Shown here: in pieces, positions 1 through 10,158 of the stretch
How the letters are laid out: every line of letters begins with the position of its first letter
Position numbering within the stretch: the stretch's first letter is position 1
Source of the DNA: a virus
Lineage: Duplodnaviria > Caudoviricetes
Virus record (IMG/VR): IMGVR_UViG_3300032248_000714
Coordinates: 1-33,969 of that record
Length of the DNA stretch: 33,969 nucleotides
Strand: one strand, 5' to 3'
Made by a program: the position numbers and the translations under genes
Notes under the pieces: model-generated
The model's database searches: none
What the model saw: only the letters and a program-made list of their open reading frames with translations
Told to the model about the DNA's origin: nothing

Positions 1-2435
1 ATATACTTTAAGTATGTTATTTCTTTTCCAATAAATTTACCATCTTTAATATCGTAAAATCCATATTCAAATCCCGATTGATCACCATAGGTATTTGTTA
101 AAGTAATATTAGAATAATAAACATCTTTATTCACTGGCATTGCTGTGCTAATGCTATACACACTAGCTAGATCTACACCTATAGGCATTCCATTACCATT
201 GCAGAGTAGCATTAATCCATCATAATAATTAACTGAATTCTTACCCTCAATAATTGACCCGGATTGTGTTTTTAAATTGTATCCAGTAACCTTAACCAGG
301 TTTTTATAAAATGATTTAGTGTACTTTAAAACATTTGTAGATGCAGTAATTGTATTTACCGACTTCGCTAGGACTACGTTGTCTAAGCTTGACGTGTGAC
401 CCAAGTCTAATTCATTAACGCTTTTTAAAGTTGCAGTTGATAGACCATTGTATTTAGTCGGTGTTAACCTAACTTTTTCTGACCTAGAAGGATCCGGTTG
501 ATATAATGAACCGTCTAAATCAAGATTAAGGTCTTTGTAGGTTATAGCTTCATCAGTAAATTCATTTCCTGACACTTTATAAAGTTGGATAGATTTAATT
601 TTAACACCAGGATTTTTTATCGTAGGATAATCTATCGTAATGCTTTTGGGCTCAGCAATTGTTATCTGATTTGAGTTTTTTTCAAAAGCAACGTCGTAAG
701 AAATAGTGGCAGTAACATCTTTGTATCTTGTTTTTGGCACTATTTTTGGAACCCATTCCTGATAAGATACTTCTGGACTACTATTGTCTGTATCATTTTC
801 TTTATAATTAACATAAATAGATCTTATAGCTAATCCTTCTGCGCTTCCAAAACTTCCGCCAAGATTATCGCCTTCTATTTTTATTGTGATCCATTTGCCA
901 ACATAATCTGAGCTATCTAGCTTTAGATTTAATAGCTCAGATTTATGCTTTTTAGTTAGCTTAGGAAATACTTGACCCTGCCTATAACCATTTCCTATTT
1001 GATAACTTAGCAAATTCATGCCATTGTATGCTTTTGCCAAGGAACTAAATTCACCCGTTTCAATAGCAACTGATTCTATTAATTTTGCATTAGAATCCTC
1101 AGACCCTGGAAGCTTAAAGCCAATATAGAATACCATTCTTTCTGGACCATTACTGCTTGATGTAAAGTTAATCAACCTAATAGTTTTGTCTTGATCAATT
1201 GCATTTTTTACAGTAAGAGCGTTAGAGGCTCCATTGATATATTTATCAAATGTTTTATCCGTATAATCGCCATTGTTAATTTTTTTAATGTAATCTTTTT
1301 TAACATCTCCATTCATTCCGGACCATACAAAAGCTAATGACTCTTTTGTCTGAGAATCAACAATTCCATCTACTATAATTTTTTTGTCTTTTTGAAATTG
1401 CTTTACGTTAGCTGCTGTTTTAGCTCCAAATTTTCCATCTATGGTTGTCTTTATTCCGTAAGCATTGAGCGTTAACTGAATATATCTTACATATGGTCCA
1501 GAATCATTAAGGGAATATGATGAATAAGTATTGCCCTTATCTATATCATAAGTGTAGCTATAGGTGTTTAGTGGATTTGGTATATCTAGTATGGTATTAG
1601 TTTCCGAAGTTTTAAGCAAACCCGCTTGAGATGTATTGGGTAATTTTGATCTACTTTGCCCAGGTAGAAATCCATTATATGCCTCTTGTGTTATTACCTT
1701 CTTGAAGGCACCTTCGTCTACAGTGTATTCGTGGACCTGAGTAAATTGTGCTGTAGAAGACGTTCCAACTGAAGCCTTAAATACGCTAGCGGTGTCTGAA
1801 CCATAGGTTGCAGAATGAGCTAAGTTAAAATCAAAATTATAGTTTTTTAAAGAAGAACTTTGAGAAACATTCATTACATTCATGTGAGCTTTTACTGGTT
1901 TATCTTTTATAACATACGAACCAAACCCTGCTGGTAATTCAAACTTAGCGGTTTTTTTGTTAGTATAGGCAAAAGTGGCAGATAGCTTATTATTAATTTT
2001 AACTAGATTATAAGAAGAACCTATTTCTTTTTTTTCATCTTCAGTTACAGGAGATGTGCTCTCTGTTGTGTTAGTCCATTTTATATTTGGATTGGTATAT
2101 TCTATATAAAAAGTAATGTTATCTTGATTTTGATCAAAAAACCTATCTTGATATCCACTAATTATTTTTTTAATTTCATTAATGTAATAGTTTTTAATAC
2201 TTGGACTAAGATTGTTTATTTTTTTTACTAAAAAATTTACATTATTTTCATTGAAGTTGGTGAAATATTCATTTTTTTCTTCATCAAACAAAACATCTGT
2301 ATCAATAGCCCAATCATTATTCCAGTTTGATGTAAAATAAAGAATACTAGATCTTACATCCAAATTAGATCTAGAAGATTCAACCTTATCATTAAGAGCT
2401 ACTGATACACAGTTGTATAAGAACTTATAGGGTCC
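1..2435 (-). CDS. C-terminal part (811 codons, open to the left window edge) of a large virion/tail protein; +1-frame continuation of 2425..4218; contains a peptidoglycan-binding domain
   Basis: Not in the ORF track. Translated by hand, the frame starting GGA at 2435 (GPYKFLYNCVSVALNDK...) has no stop down to base 3. A TAG closes the frame upstream at 2441..2439, and its first ATG is 184 codons in (1883). Confidence 0.85.
1335..1515 (-). other. Peptidoglycan-binding domain (PG_binding_1/PGBD-like)
   Basis: SLNDSGPYVRYIQLTLNAYGIKTTIDGKFGAKTAANVKQFQKDKKIIVDGIVDSQTKESL matches the pattern V..LQ..L...G....DG.FG..T..AV..FQ......DGIV...T...L. Confidence 0.85.
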
Positions 2436-4218
2436 GCTCTACGTATTTAGAAAAAGTAGAATTATTACTTGAAGAAATTGCAAATTGACTATTATTTTGC
2501 CTTGGAACTAGAGCGCTTGAATCGTAAATATTGTTTACGTAATCAAACATTGGAGCGGAACTAACAATTATATTTCCAGCTACTAAATTATCAGTCTTCC
2601 TAATACTTCTAGCGGAAACTACTATTTTTTTTGACTCATCAGTATAGTACAAGACGCTCTCAGTTGCACTGTTAGAAAAGTATCTATACGATTTATTTGT
2701 ATTGTTAACAGTTTTTAAATACCCAAAAATTCCACAATTAGCTTCAAACTGATCGTTGGCTATACTAAATGCATTGTTCTTATCCTTGTTGATATATATA
2801 CTATCTGTATTATATGAATATGATGAGCCGGAAACATAATCTGAAGACATTGTAAAAATTGGATTTAATTCATTGAGACCATCTGCTGGAGCGCCACTGG
2901 CATCTACTATTAAAGTTCCATTGTTCGATACAAAATTATTTAACTTCTTAGCTTGTGTATCATTTAATTTCCAAAATAATGAAATAAATAAAACATCAAA
3001 TTGATTTAAGTCACTTAAATTGTCAATGTCAACAAGCCAATATGATGCCATGTCCTTACTTAAAGCTACAGCTGCATCTGCCACTGGATTGATAAATGAG
3101 TAATTAGCTAAGTTAAAAGGTGAATTCTGTAGATTTAATGCCACATATGGCTTGATACTACTTAGTGAGTTTTGAGAAGGTAGTTCGTTAACAGATAAAT
3201 TTAACTCTTTAGATGAATACAAAACGCCAACATTTACCGTAGTTGCTATAGTGGAGTTACTACTAGTCGGATTTCCATAATTGGTCAATGAAAAATCAAC
3301 ATGATTTTGTATTTTAGCTATCAATCTCCAGTTAAAGACTTCAAAGACTCTATTGTCATCTATAGCTTTTTTATTAACATATATTTGATTTTTAGCATCG
3401 CCTATATTTAATCCATCTACTAAATATTTTTTAGAATTTCTTTTCAAAGAAAAAGAATTTTTATTAGAGTTTCCTGGATCTACAACCTGAGTCTCTTCTT
3501 TTATATGATCAAAAAATGGTACTGTATTAATTTTCTCAGAGAACTTTAACTGTTGCTTATTCCACAATCCTGTACTCTTTACTTCTATTTTGTCGTACAC
3601 TAAAGTAAAGTTGCTAACTTTAGGCTCATCAAATAAAACAAATATTTTATGAGGTATATCAGTATGATTGATATTTTCTTCTGTTAAAAAAGCTTCTAAT
3701 ATAATTCTATATTTTTTTACACCAGTTACGGGATCGGCATATAGTTTTCCGTTTTCATCTAATACTTTAATATGATTAGGAATAAACCTATCGTCTAAAT
3801 AATCATTTATCGAAAAATCATCTAACACTTTAGTTGGAACTAATGTAAAATATCTGCTGACATAGTATGAGTGCACAAAAGAAGATTTTTTCAACTCTTC
3901 TATTAAATATTTTTGATCTAATGTTCTATCGTTTAATAACACATCACTAACAGATATATCATCAGGCTCAATGTATGTATTACCTTTTTGGTCTTCAAGT
4001 ATTCCTAGTTCGTTAGCATACATTAATTGAGATAAAGTTTCTTCTGTATTTATATTCTCCGGAATCAAAGAAGTTAGGTCGACTACTGAAAGGTTATTTT
4101 TGGGAGATATTTCCCTGCCGGAAAACCAACCAAGATTAACTGCGTCTTTTGGTACAAAATTTCCAGTTTTAATAGATGGTTCTTTTAAGGAATTAGTCTT
4201 ATCTGTAAACTTTTTCAT
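2425..4218 (-). CDS. N-terminal part (594 aa before the shift) of a >1405-aa putative tail/baseplate protein; includes a class-I GATase-like Rossmann segment
   Basis: 597-aa ORF whose start overlaps the upstream stop (TAATG at 4218), with GAGGA upstream. It ends three codons after an in-frame CGG. LNQFDVLFIS...LNNFVSNNGTLIVD resembles GATase-like domains. Confidence 0.8.
   Translation of the reverse strand: MKKFTDKTNSLKEPSIKTGNFVPKDAVNLGWFSGREISPKNNLSVVDLTSLIPENINTEETLSQLMYANELGILEDQKGNTYIEPDDISVSDVLLNDRTLDQKYLIEELKKSSFVHSYYVSRYFTLVPTKVLDDFSINDYLDDRFIPNHIKVLDENGKLYADPVTGVKKYRIILEAFLTEENINHTDIPHKIFVLFDEPKVSNFTLVYDKIEVKSTGLWNKQQLKFSEKINTVPFFDHIKEETQVVDPGNSNKNSFSLKRNSKKYLVDGLNIGDAKNQIYVNKKAIDDNRVFEVFNWRLIAKIQNHVDFSLTNYGNPTSSNSTIATTVNVGVLYSSKELNLSVNELPSQNSLSSIKPYVALNLQNSPFNLANYSFINPVADAAVALSKDMASYWLVDIDNLSDLNQFDVLFISLFWKLNDTQAKKLNNFVSNNGTLIVDASGAPADGLNELNPIFTMSSDYVSGSSYSYNTDSIYINKDKNNAFSIANDQFEANCGIFGYLKTVNNTNKSYRYFSNSATESVLYYTDESKKIVVSARSIRKTDNLVAGNIIVSSAPMFDYVNNIYDSSALVPRQNNSQFAISSSNNSTFSKYVERTL
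2433..2436 (-). other. +1 frameshift site 1 (GAG CGG A)
   Basis: The 0 frame reads GTA GAG CGG ACC CTA TAA and the +1 frame reads TAG AGC GGA CCC TAT AAG, so the shift must fall in the 11 nt 2438..2428. Confidence 0.8.
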
Positions 4219-7200
4219 TATTCTTCCTCATGATCATTCATTAGATTTGTGTATATTATCTGATCTGAAACATTTGTTAATAGGTGCATTTGATATTGCT
4301 GCCATCTGTCTATTGGATACCATTTAGGCAAATTCCAGTTTAATACGGTAGCGCTAGTGGGCGTAGCAGGTGATCCATCATAGTAGTTAACCGGATAAGC
4401 TGGATTGGAATAGATGTTTGTTGTTTCACCTAATAGTACATTAGGATGATACAATACTGAATCTTGTGATGAATAGTTTATATTGTCATACTTTTCATAC
4501 CAGTAGACTATGTCTCCAGAGATTGTTTCTGGCTCAGAAGCTTGATTCCATTGTGCAAAAGTTTTATGCTCAGACTCAACAGAAACAAACCAAATACCAG
4601 GATCACCTGGCCCCATTACATGTATTGGTCCAATACTAAATTTGCCATATTCATCTGAAATAACATACTGAGTATTGTTAAATTCTTGGCTAAATAGCTC
4701 CTCTAGTGTTCTAGCTTTTCTCCATAGTATAACTACCCCCGCTTCGGCTACTCCTTCATTCTTTACCATTCCCCTAATGTAGTTTTTGGAGATTCCGTTA
4801 GCATATAAAATGGAGGTATCGGGTATTGCTTTAATATTTTTTCCATTATAATAATTTGTAGAAATAGCATAATTTAAAACTAAACTTGTCATAAGAGAAG
4901 TGCTAGAATTTTGGTGAGCATGGATATTATTTCCAGCTAATCCATTTATCTGTATGTTTCCTGACGACACTGTTGCGGGAATACTTCCGCTATAGTATAA
5001 ATTTACGTATGCAAATCCGTTGATATCTGTTGTTATATATTCCTGCTCTGAAGTTACAGTTGCAGAAGATGTTATATGAAAACTTTGATATGGCTTAGAG
5101 TTTCCATTTATGTCTAAAGAATTAATAGTCAGAATCATGAAATCATCATTATTATCAAGAATAGTAGAAGGTTTTAGCTCTGCTTTGATTGAGCCAAAAG
5201 CATAATCATTATGACTAAGGTATACAAAACCTTCTTGATCCCATAGTTTATTTGGATCTACAACTAAGGATATTGGGGTTGAGCTTTCCATAACCGAAGA
5301 CTCGTAAGTTATATCATAAGAATAGGCAGCATTGGGTGTTGAATCAAAGTATATTTTTGAAATATACTTCTCATTTACTGAATCATAATAGTCATTGTCT
5401 ACCGCAAATGACTGAGGAACCTTGTACGTAACTTCGTATGGTCTTTGATATACCACGGGAGTTACTGAGTTAAATACAGTAATTCCTGGGGTAGCTGATT
5501 GCCCATTGGTAAGAATTGTATAGCCAGTTACTAAATCGGTAACATTAACATCATAAACTTCGTCGTACCCTAAGAATAATTTATTACTTTTATTTGCATA
5601 TATTATTTCTTTGTTAGTGAGACTAGCATGAGTTGGAGTAGCTTCATCATAAAATGCAACTTCTTGCAATGAAAATGGGGTTGCTGCATTGTTATTTATA
5701 ATTGACCCATTAACTATAATTGGAGCACCTTGTCTAGATACATCGTTTAGCTTTAATTCAAAACCAGGAGTTGTGTGATGTTCTGTGATAGGATTGCTAT
5801 AAATATAATAGTCTTCTTCGTTCTGTGAGTACCAGCCAGTTTTAATGTAAGATTTGTAATTACCATTATACTTAGCTCGTACGCTTATCGTGCTGAATGA
5901 TCCATCTTTGTTTGCTCTAATCACATTATCTAAGAAAACATCTTCTTGCGTTACTGAATAAACATATTGTCTATCCATGAACAGGTCTACTCCGTCTACG
6001 TCATTTACAACTTCTATTTTTTGAATAACGTGATCAGTGTTAGTTGTATCAAAGTCCGCATAAGTCAAATTGTACGTACCGATTAAATCGGAGTTTTTAC
6101 TAAAGTTATCATCCTTATTATCTGGGTCTGTTCTAATAATGCCAAATTGACTAACTGTTCCATCTATTAATGGCTCAGTCGTCTTCTCGAATGATTTCCA
6201 TTTCTGAACTTGAAATGGATACACAATAGAAGAATTGGTTTTAAAATTAATTTGATTTGGAGTAGAAGCGTAAGGGAACTTCAATGATTTAAAATAATAA
6301 TTTACAGTACTACCGGAAGTATTAATATAACCAAAATGTTGATTTGGTGTAGCAAAATTTGCTCCAACGTACTGGGCTATGATATTTGGTGAAGCTGGAA
6401 TTAGGTAGTCTAAATCAAGATTTTCATTTCTAGAAAATCCACCGTAACCATCATATGTCGGGGTGGAATAAACATCCATCAAATACTCATCATATCCAAC
6501 TGGCTTAACGTTATCTATGTGAATGTAAACTGGAGTTGCACCTGGAGGAAATATTAAATTCTTTTTAATAAAATTTTGATTTAAAATATGATCTTGAGTT
6601 TTAGTATTGTCATTAATATCATTAAGATTAAATGAACCAGGAATTTTTGGAGAAGTATATAAGTATTTTTTAGTTTTATTATATAGATCAGAAGATACTT
6701 GTATATTTGCCGAGTTAGGCCCTTGACCAGGAGTTGTTAAAGATATTGGAGATCCTATTGATTTACTAAACGGTGTTGCTCCAAATAGCTTAATGTTAAA
6801 ATTAGAAGAACCAGAGCTAGGAGTTGCTGAAGCTTTACTAGCAAAGTGAACATTAACTTTTGATTGCGCTGGAGTTGATGCTGTATTTGAGTACACTTGA
6901 TTGTTAGATAAATTTTTAAATACATATCCGTCTAAGCTATATCCCTCTGCGTCAAAGAGTTTTACAATTGAATATTCTGGACTAGCTGGGTGACCTGGCT
7001 CATAAGAATTTTGTGGATAAAATGCAACATCTGTATAGAATGAAGTTTTTTGAGCGTACGATCCGTGGGGATTAAGCTCTAGCACATACTTAAAATTAGC
7101 TGTAGCGCTTTGGTTTTCGTAAATGTCTTGGTAGTAAGATCCATAATATTCATAGTCTACTTTAACTGGAGAATACTCAGATCTAAAGCCATCTTTTTCT

Positions 7201-8861
7201 ATACCATATGCTTTAAAGCTGGCACTAAAATCTATATTATTTTCAATTGGCTCTTTAACTATTATTTTAGCGTCCTCAAAGTCTCCAACTCCTGGCTGAT
7301 AATAATCGCCCAATGGAGTTGCTCCATCGTAGTTAGCTGATATTCTACCAACACCTTCTTGAAGTGCGCCGGCATAATCCCAATAAGATCTCTGCCAGTT
7401 TGCGTATCCCCAGTTTGTTGGGTATGTAGTATTAATTTTTTCTACAAAATCTTTAAATTCTTTTTTGACTTGACCAGACTCAGTAAAATATGAAGTAGAA
7501 GACTCCATGTCTACAATTTCCATAATTTCAGGAGTAGCACCCAAGTAGTTTGAATCAGGAGTAGCCCCAAAAGCACTCCAGGTATCCAACTCTCTTCTCA
7601 ACGTTAGTTTAGTTGCCTCTAATGTAGTTCCCGGTCTATTGATGTATACGTCTAAGATTCTATTTTTAAAATTACTATTAGACTCTAAGTATAATCTATT
7701 TATGCCTACTCTTACACCAAATTCATCAAACCAGTTCCATTTTAATACTGGAGTTTGTTCTGCTATTACAGAATCTACTGATAGGTATTTAAATAATTTT
7801 ATAGTTAATATTTCTCTAGTTAAACTATTATAATAATATACATAATCATTTTGCGCAGATTCATATAGTTCTACTATTGAATCTACTTTTGATAATACTA
7901 TGTCATCTCCAGTTACTGTCATATGACTTGGTAATATGCTAGATGTGGTATATATCCAAGCTAATTGATTAATGTCTGAAGTATTAATGTTTTTGTCTAA
8001 TTCAAAAAGATTAACTTGTTTTTCAAAATTTTCTGGATAGTCAGAAACTAGAGCGTTTACAAACGATCCACCAACAGTCTTTGGAATATATAGTTCTGGT
8101 GTTGCCTGATCTAAGGAATCTTCGTACATTTTCATCCAAGATGGGAATCTTCTTAAGATATTTTTTCCCATCTTAGTCAGAACTGGCGAAACAGGATTGG
8201 CTATTGCCACTTCTACTAAAACGACTAAGCCGTAATTCTCTACATCTTGAGCGTCTAATTCAGAAGTTACTTCTATTTCAAACTTAACATACCTTTTTGC
8301 ATCGGATATGAATAGGGTTCCAACTTGCGAAGATACCGAGGAAAGTAACCAAGGTCCAGCTGCCAAATCAGCCTCATACACCTTGACCTGATGAGTGGGA
8401 ACATCTTGGGTTTGAACATTAGTAAAAGCAGATCTGTAGCTTAATATGTCTATCCTGGAAGATGTATCTACAAATCTTTCTAGGTTAAGATCGACTGAAT
8501 CTGGATTTAGAATATAATAAGGAGAAGAATCAGCTATTAAATCAAATATAAAATATTCACCCGATGCTTCATCGTATTGAAAAATATTATAGTTAATAAC
8601 ATTAGGATCTTTAATGATTTCGCCGTAATTAGTGACAGCAATTGGTGTAGCTCCCTGAACTACAACCGAAGGAGTAGCCCCCAGTAGCACTTCTGTGCCA
8701 ACAAAAGTTCTATCCCCCAAGCTATTTATTCCAGTTCTTGATTTAAGAACAGAATAATTAGTGTAAAATTTATTATGATATAGGTCTATAGCATCGGTGG
8801 TCCAGCTTTTACCTGATCTAATGAAGTCATTACTCCTTAGACCTAAAATGTATTGCTTCAT
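4218..8861 (-). CDS. Large baseplate wedge/tail structural protein (1547 aa) with many A-T-P motifs
   Basis: Long ORF with a GAAAGG RBS. WFDEFGVRVGINRLYLESNSNFKNRILDVYINRPGT resembles the baseplate wedge (P2 gpI/J-like) D..G...G..R...ES...R.RI motif. It lies downstream of the baseplate J gene. Confidence 0.65.
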   Translation of the reverse strand: MKQYILGLRSNDFIRSGKSWTTDAIDLYHNKFYTNYSVLKSRTGINSLGDRTFVGTEVLLGATPSVVVQGATPIAVTNYGEIIKDPNVINYNIFQYDEASGEYFIFDLIADSSPYYILNPDSVDLNLERFVDTSSRIDILSYRSAFTNVQTQDVPTHQVKVYEADLAAGPWLLSSVSSQVGTLFISDAKRYVKFEIEVTSELDAQDVENYGLVVLVEVAIANPVSPVLTKMGKNILRRFPSWMKMYEDSLDQATPELYIPKTVGGSFVNALVSDYPENFEKQVNLFELDKNINTSDINQLAWIYTTSSILPSHMTVTGDDIVLSKVDSIVELYESAQNDYVYYYNSLTREILTIKLFKYLSVDSVIAEQTPVLKWNWFDEFGVRVGINRLYLESNSNFKNRILDVYINRPGTTLEATKLTLRRELDTWSAFGATPDSNYLGATPEIMEIVDMESSTSYFTESGQVKKEFKDFVEKINTTYPTNWGYANWQRSYWDYAGALQEGVGRISANYDGATPLGDYYQPGVGDFEDAKIIVKEPIENNIDFSASFKAYGIEKDGFRSEYSPVKVDYEYYGSYYQDIYENQSATANFKYVLELNPHGSYAQKTSFYTDVAFYPQNSYEPGHPASPEYSIVKLFDAEGYSLDGYVFKNLSNNQVYSNTASTPAQSKVNVHFASKASATPSSGSSNFNIKLFGATPFSKSIGSPISLTTPGQGPNSANIQVSSDLYNKTKKYLYTSPKIPGSFNLNDINDNTKTQDHILNQNFIKKNLIFPPGATPVYIHIDNVKPVGYDEYLMDVYSTPTYDGYGGFSRNENLDLDYLIPASPNIIAQYVGANFATPNQHFGYINTSGSTVNYYFKSLKFPYASTPNQINFKTNSSIVYPFQVQKWKSFEKTTEPLIDGTVSQFGIIRTDPDNKDDNFSKNSDLIGTYNLTYADFDTTNTDHVIQKIEVVNDVDGVDLFMDRQYVYSVTQEDVFLDNVIRANKDGSFSTISVRAKYNGNYKSYIKTGWYSQNEEDYYIYSNPITEHHTTPGFELKLNDVSRQGAPIIVNGSIINNNAATPFSLQEVAFYDEATPTHASLTNKEIIYANKSNKLFLGYDEVYDVNVTDLVTGYTILTNGQSATPGITVFNSVTPVVYQRPYEVTYKVPQSFAVDNDYYDSVNEKYISKIYFDSTPNAAYSYDITYESSVMESSTPISLVVDPNKLWDQEGFVYLSHNDYAFGSIKAELKPSTILDNNDDFMILTINSLDINGNSKPYQSFHITSSATVTSEQEYITTDINGFAYVNLYYSGSIPATVSSGNIQINGLAGNNIHAHQNSSTSLMTSLVLNYAISTNYYNGKNIKAIPDTSILYANGISKNYIRGMVKNEGVAEAGVVILWRKARTLEELFSQEFNNTQYVISDEYGKFSIGPIHVMGPGDPGIWFVSVESEHKTFAQWNQASEPETISGDIVYWYEKYDNINYSSQDSVLYHPNVLLGETTNIYSNPAYPVNYYDGSPATPTSATVLNWNLPKWYPIDRWQQYQMHLLTNVSDQIIYTNLMNDHEEE

Positions 8862-8883
8862 CTACAGATGCCTTTCAATGCTT

Positions 8884-10143
8884 CTAGTCTAGCCAAATTG
8901 AGTACTCTGAAGTAATACCATTCTCTGGGTGAACAAATAAAAGATGTTGAGATGGTCTACTCATTGAGGAGAAATATTCTTGAGCATAGGTATTATGACT
9001 TTCTGGAGAACCAGAAATTCTTAATAAACCGCTACCTATGGTCATTTTAGCCTGCTGATGGTAATGACCCATGAATACATCGTCAAAATGTTCAGGAATA
9101 GCGCCATCTTTCCATCCCATTACCTTTTTATAGTAACCATGAGTTGCGCTTGGTGAAGGCATTTGATCGCCATGAATTAATAAACTACTATAATTACCTA
9201 TAGTGTCGACAGCATAAAAGTTTCTTTCGCCTTTTCCGTCGGGAATATTAAAGGTAACTCTTGGTTCATTTTTAAATATAAGTTCAACTATCTTGTAAAG
9301 CAGTCTGTCCATGTTGGTTTCTGGATCGTGCTGCTTTCTAGCTCTACCTCCTACGGCTCCATGATTACCTATAACCCCGGTTACGTGGACGTGTTTGAAG
9401 TTTTCAAGAGCTGTATTTAAAAAAGTAGATAGAATTTCTGGACCATAGACGCCAACCTGTCTATATAGACCAGAGTCTATGAGGTGACTTTGTCCAGGAA
9501 AGATTTCTTCGCCTTCAACAATATCCCCCAAAAGCCAAACATGAAGATTATCTACGTTATGGTGAGCTCTTTGGATATTGACGATTTCTACCATTTTATC
9601 GGTATAGGTTTCAATTCTTTGAGCTAAAACATCTGAGTTATAACTAGGGGTAATTTTGCCTAATTGCCAGTCTGCAAATACTGCTACAGCGGTCTCTGAG
9701 GAACCCTTTTTACTGACTGGGCCCTTGTACTGCACTGGGGGCATTTCGAACTGCGAGAAAGCGTCGTAAGCTGCCTCATAGACTGCTAGGATTGCCTCGT
9801 CCTTAACATTCTTATTCTTCTCTGCTAATTTGGCTAAACGCCTATTCTCTGAACGAATAAAGTCGAACTTGTTGCCATTTTCATCAGCAGTGTTTTGTTC
9901 TATTAATTTAAAATCCGTAATATCAGCTGGATCATCGAGATCTTCGTCGTCTGATATATAGGAGGAGAAGCCAGAAAATTTATAAGCTTCAACTTCAGAT
10001 ATTTGCTTTAATTCAAAGTCATTTTTTAAAACTTCACCAGAGAAATCCACTTCCCCCTCAATAGCCCACTTAGCATGGGTTTTGTTGGGAGCTTTTACAA
10101 TATGGTTAGTTGTTACTATAAAATATTTGTCGGTTGATGACAT
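8884..10143 (-). CDS. Calcineurin-like metallophosphoesterase (419 aa)
   Basis: Motifs in canonical order: FADWQLG, LLGDIVEG, VIGNHG, LIHGDQ, MGHYHQ. Confidence 0.9.
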   Translation of the reverse strand: MSSTDKYFIVTTNHIVKAPNKTHAKWAIEGEVDFSGEVLKNDFELKQISEVEAYKFSGFSSYISDDEDLDDPADITDFKLIEQNTADENGNKFDFIRSENRRLAKLAEKNKNVKDEAILAVYEAAYDAFSQFEMPPVQYKGPVSKKGSSETAVAVFADWQLGKITPSYNSDVLAQRIETYTDKMVEIVNIQRAHHNVDNLHVWLLGDIVEGEEIFPGQSHLIDSGLYRQVGVYGPEILSTFLNTALENFKHVHVTGVIGNHGAVGGRARKQHDPETNMDRLLYKIVELIFKNEPRVTFNIPDGKGERNFYAVDTIGNYSSLLIHGDQMPSPSATHGYYKKVMGWKDGAIPEHFDDVFMGHYHQQAKMTIGSGLLRISGSPESHNTYAQEYFSSMSRPSQHLLFVHPENGITSEYSIWLD

Positions 10144-10158
10144 GGCACCAGCTTTCTC

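Noticed and set aside
2425-2433. ACC CTA TAA as a stop-codon-dependent +1 shift (RF2-like) at site 1
   Set aside because: Re-pairing of tRNA-Leu from CUA to UAU is poor, and the other two sites lack this context while sharing CGGA. It is not formally excluded for this site alone.
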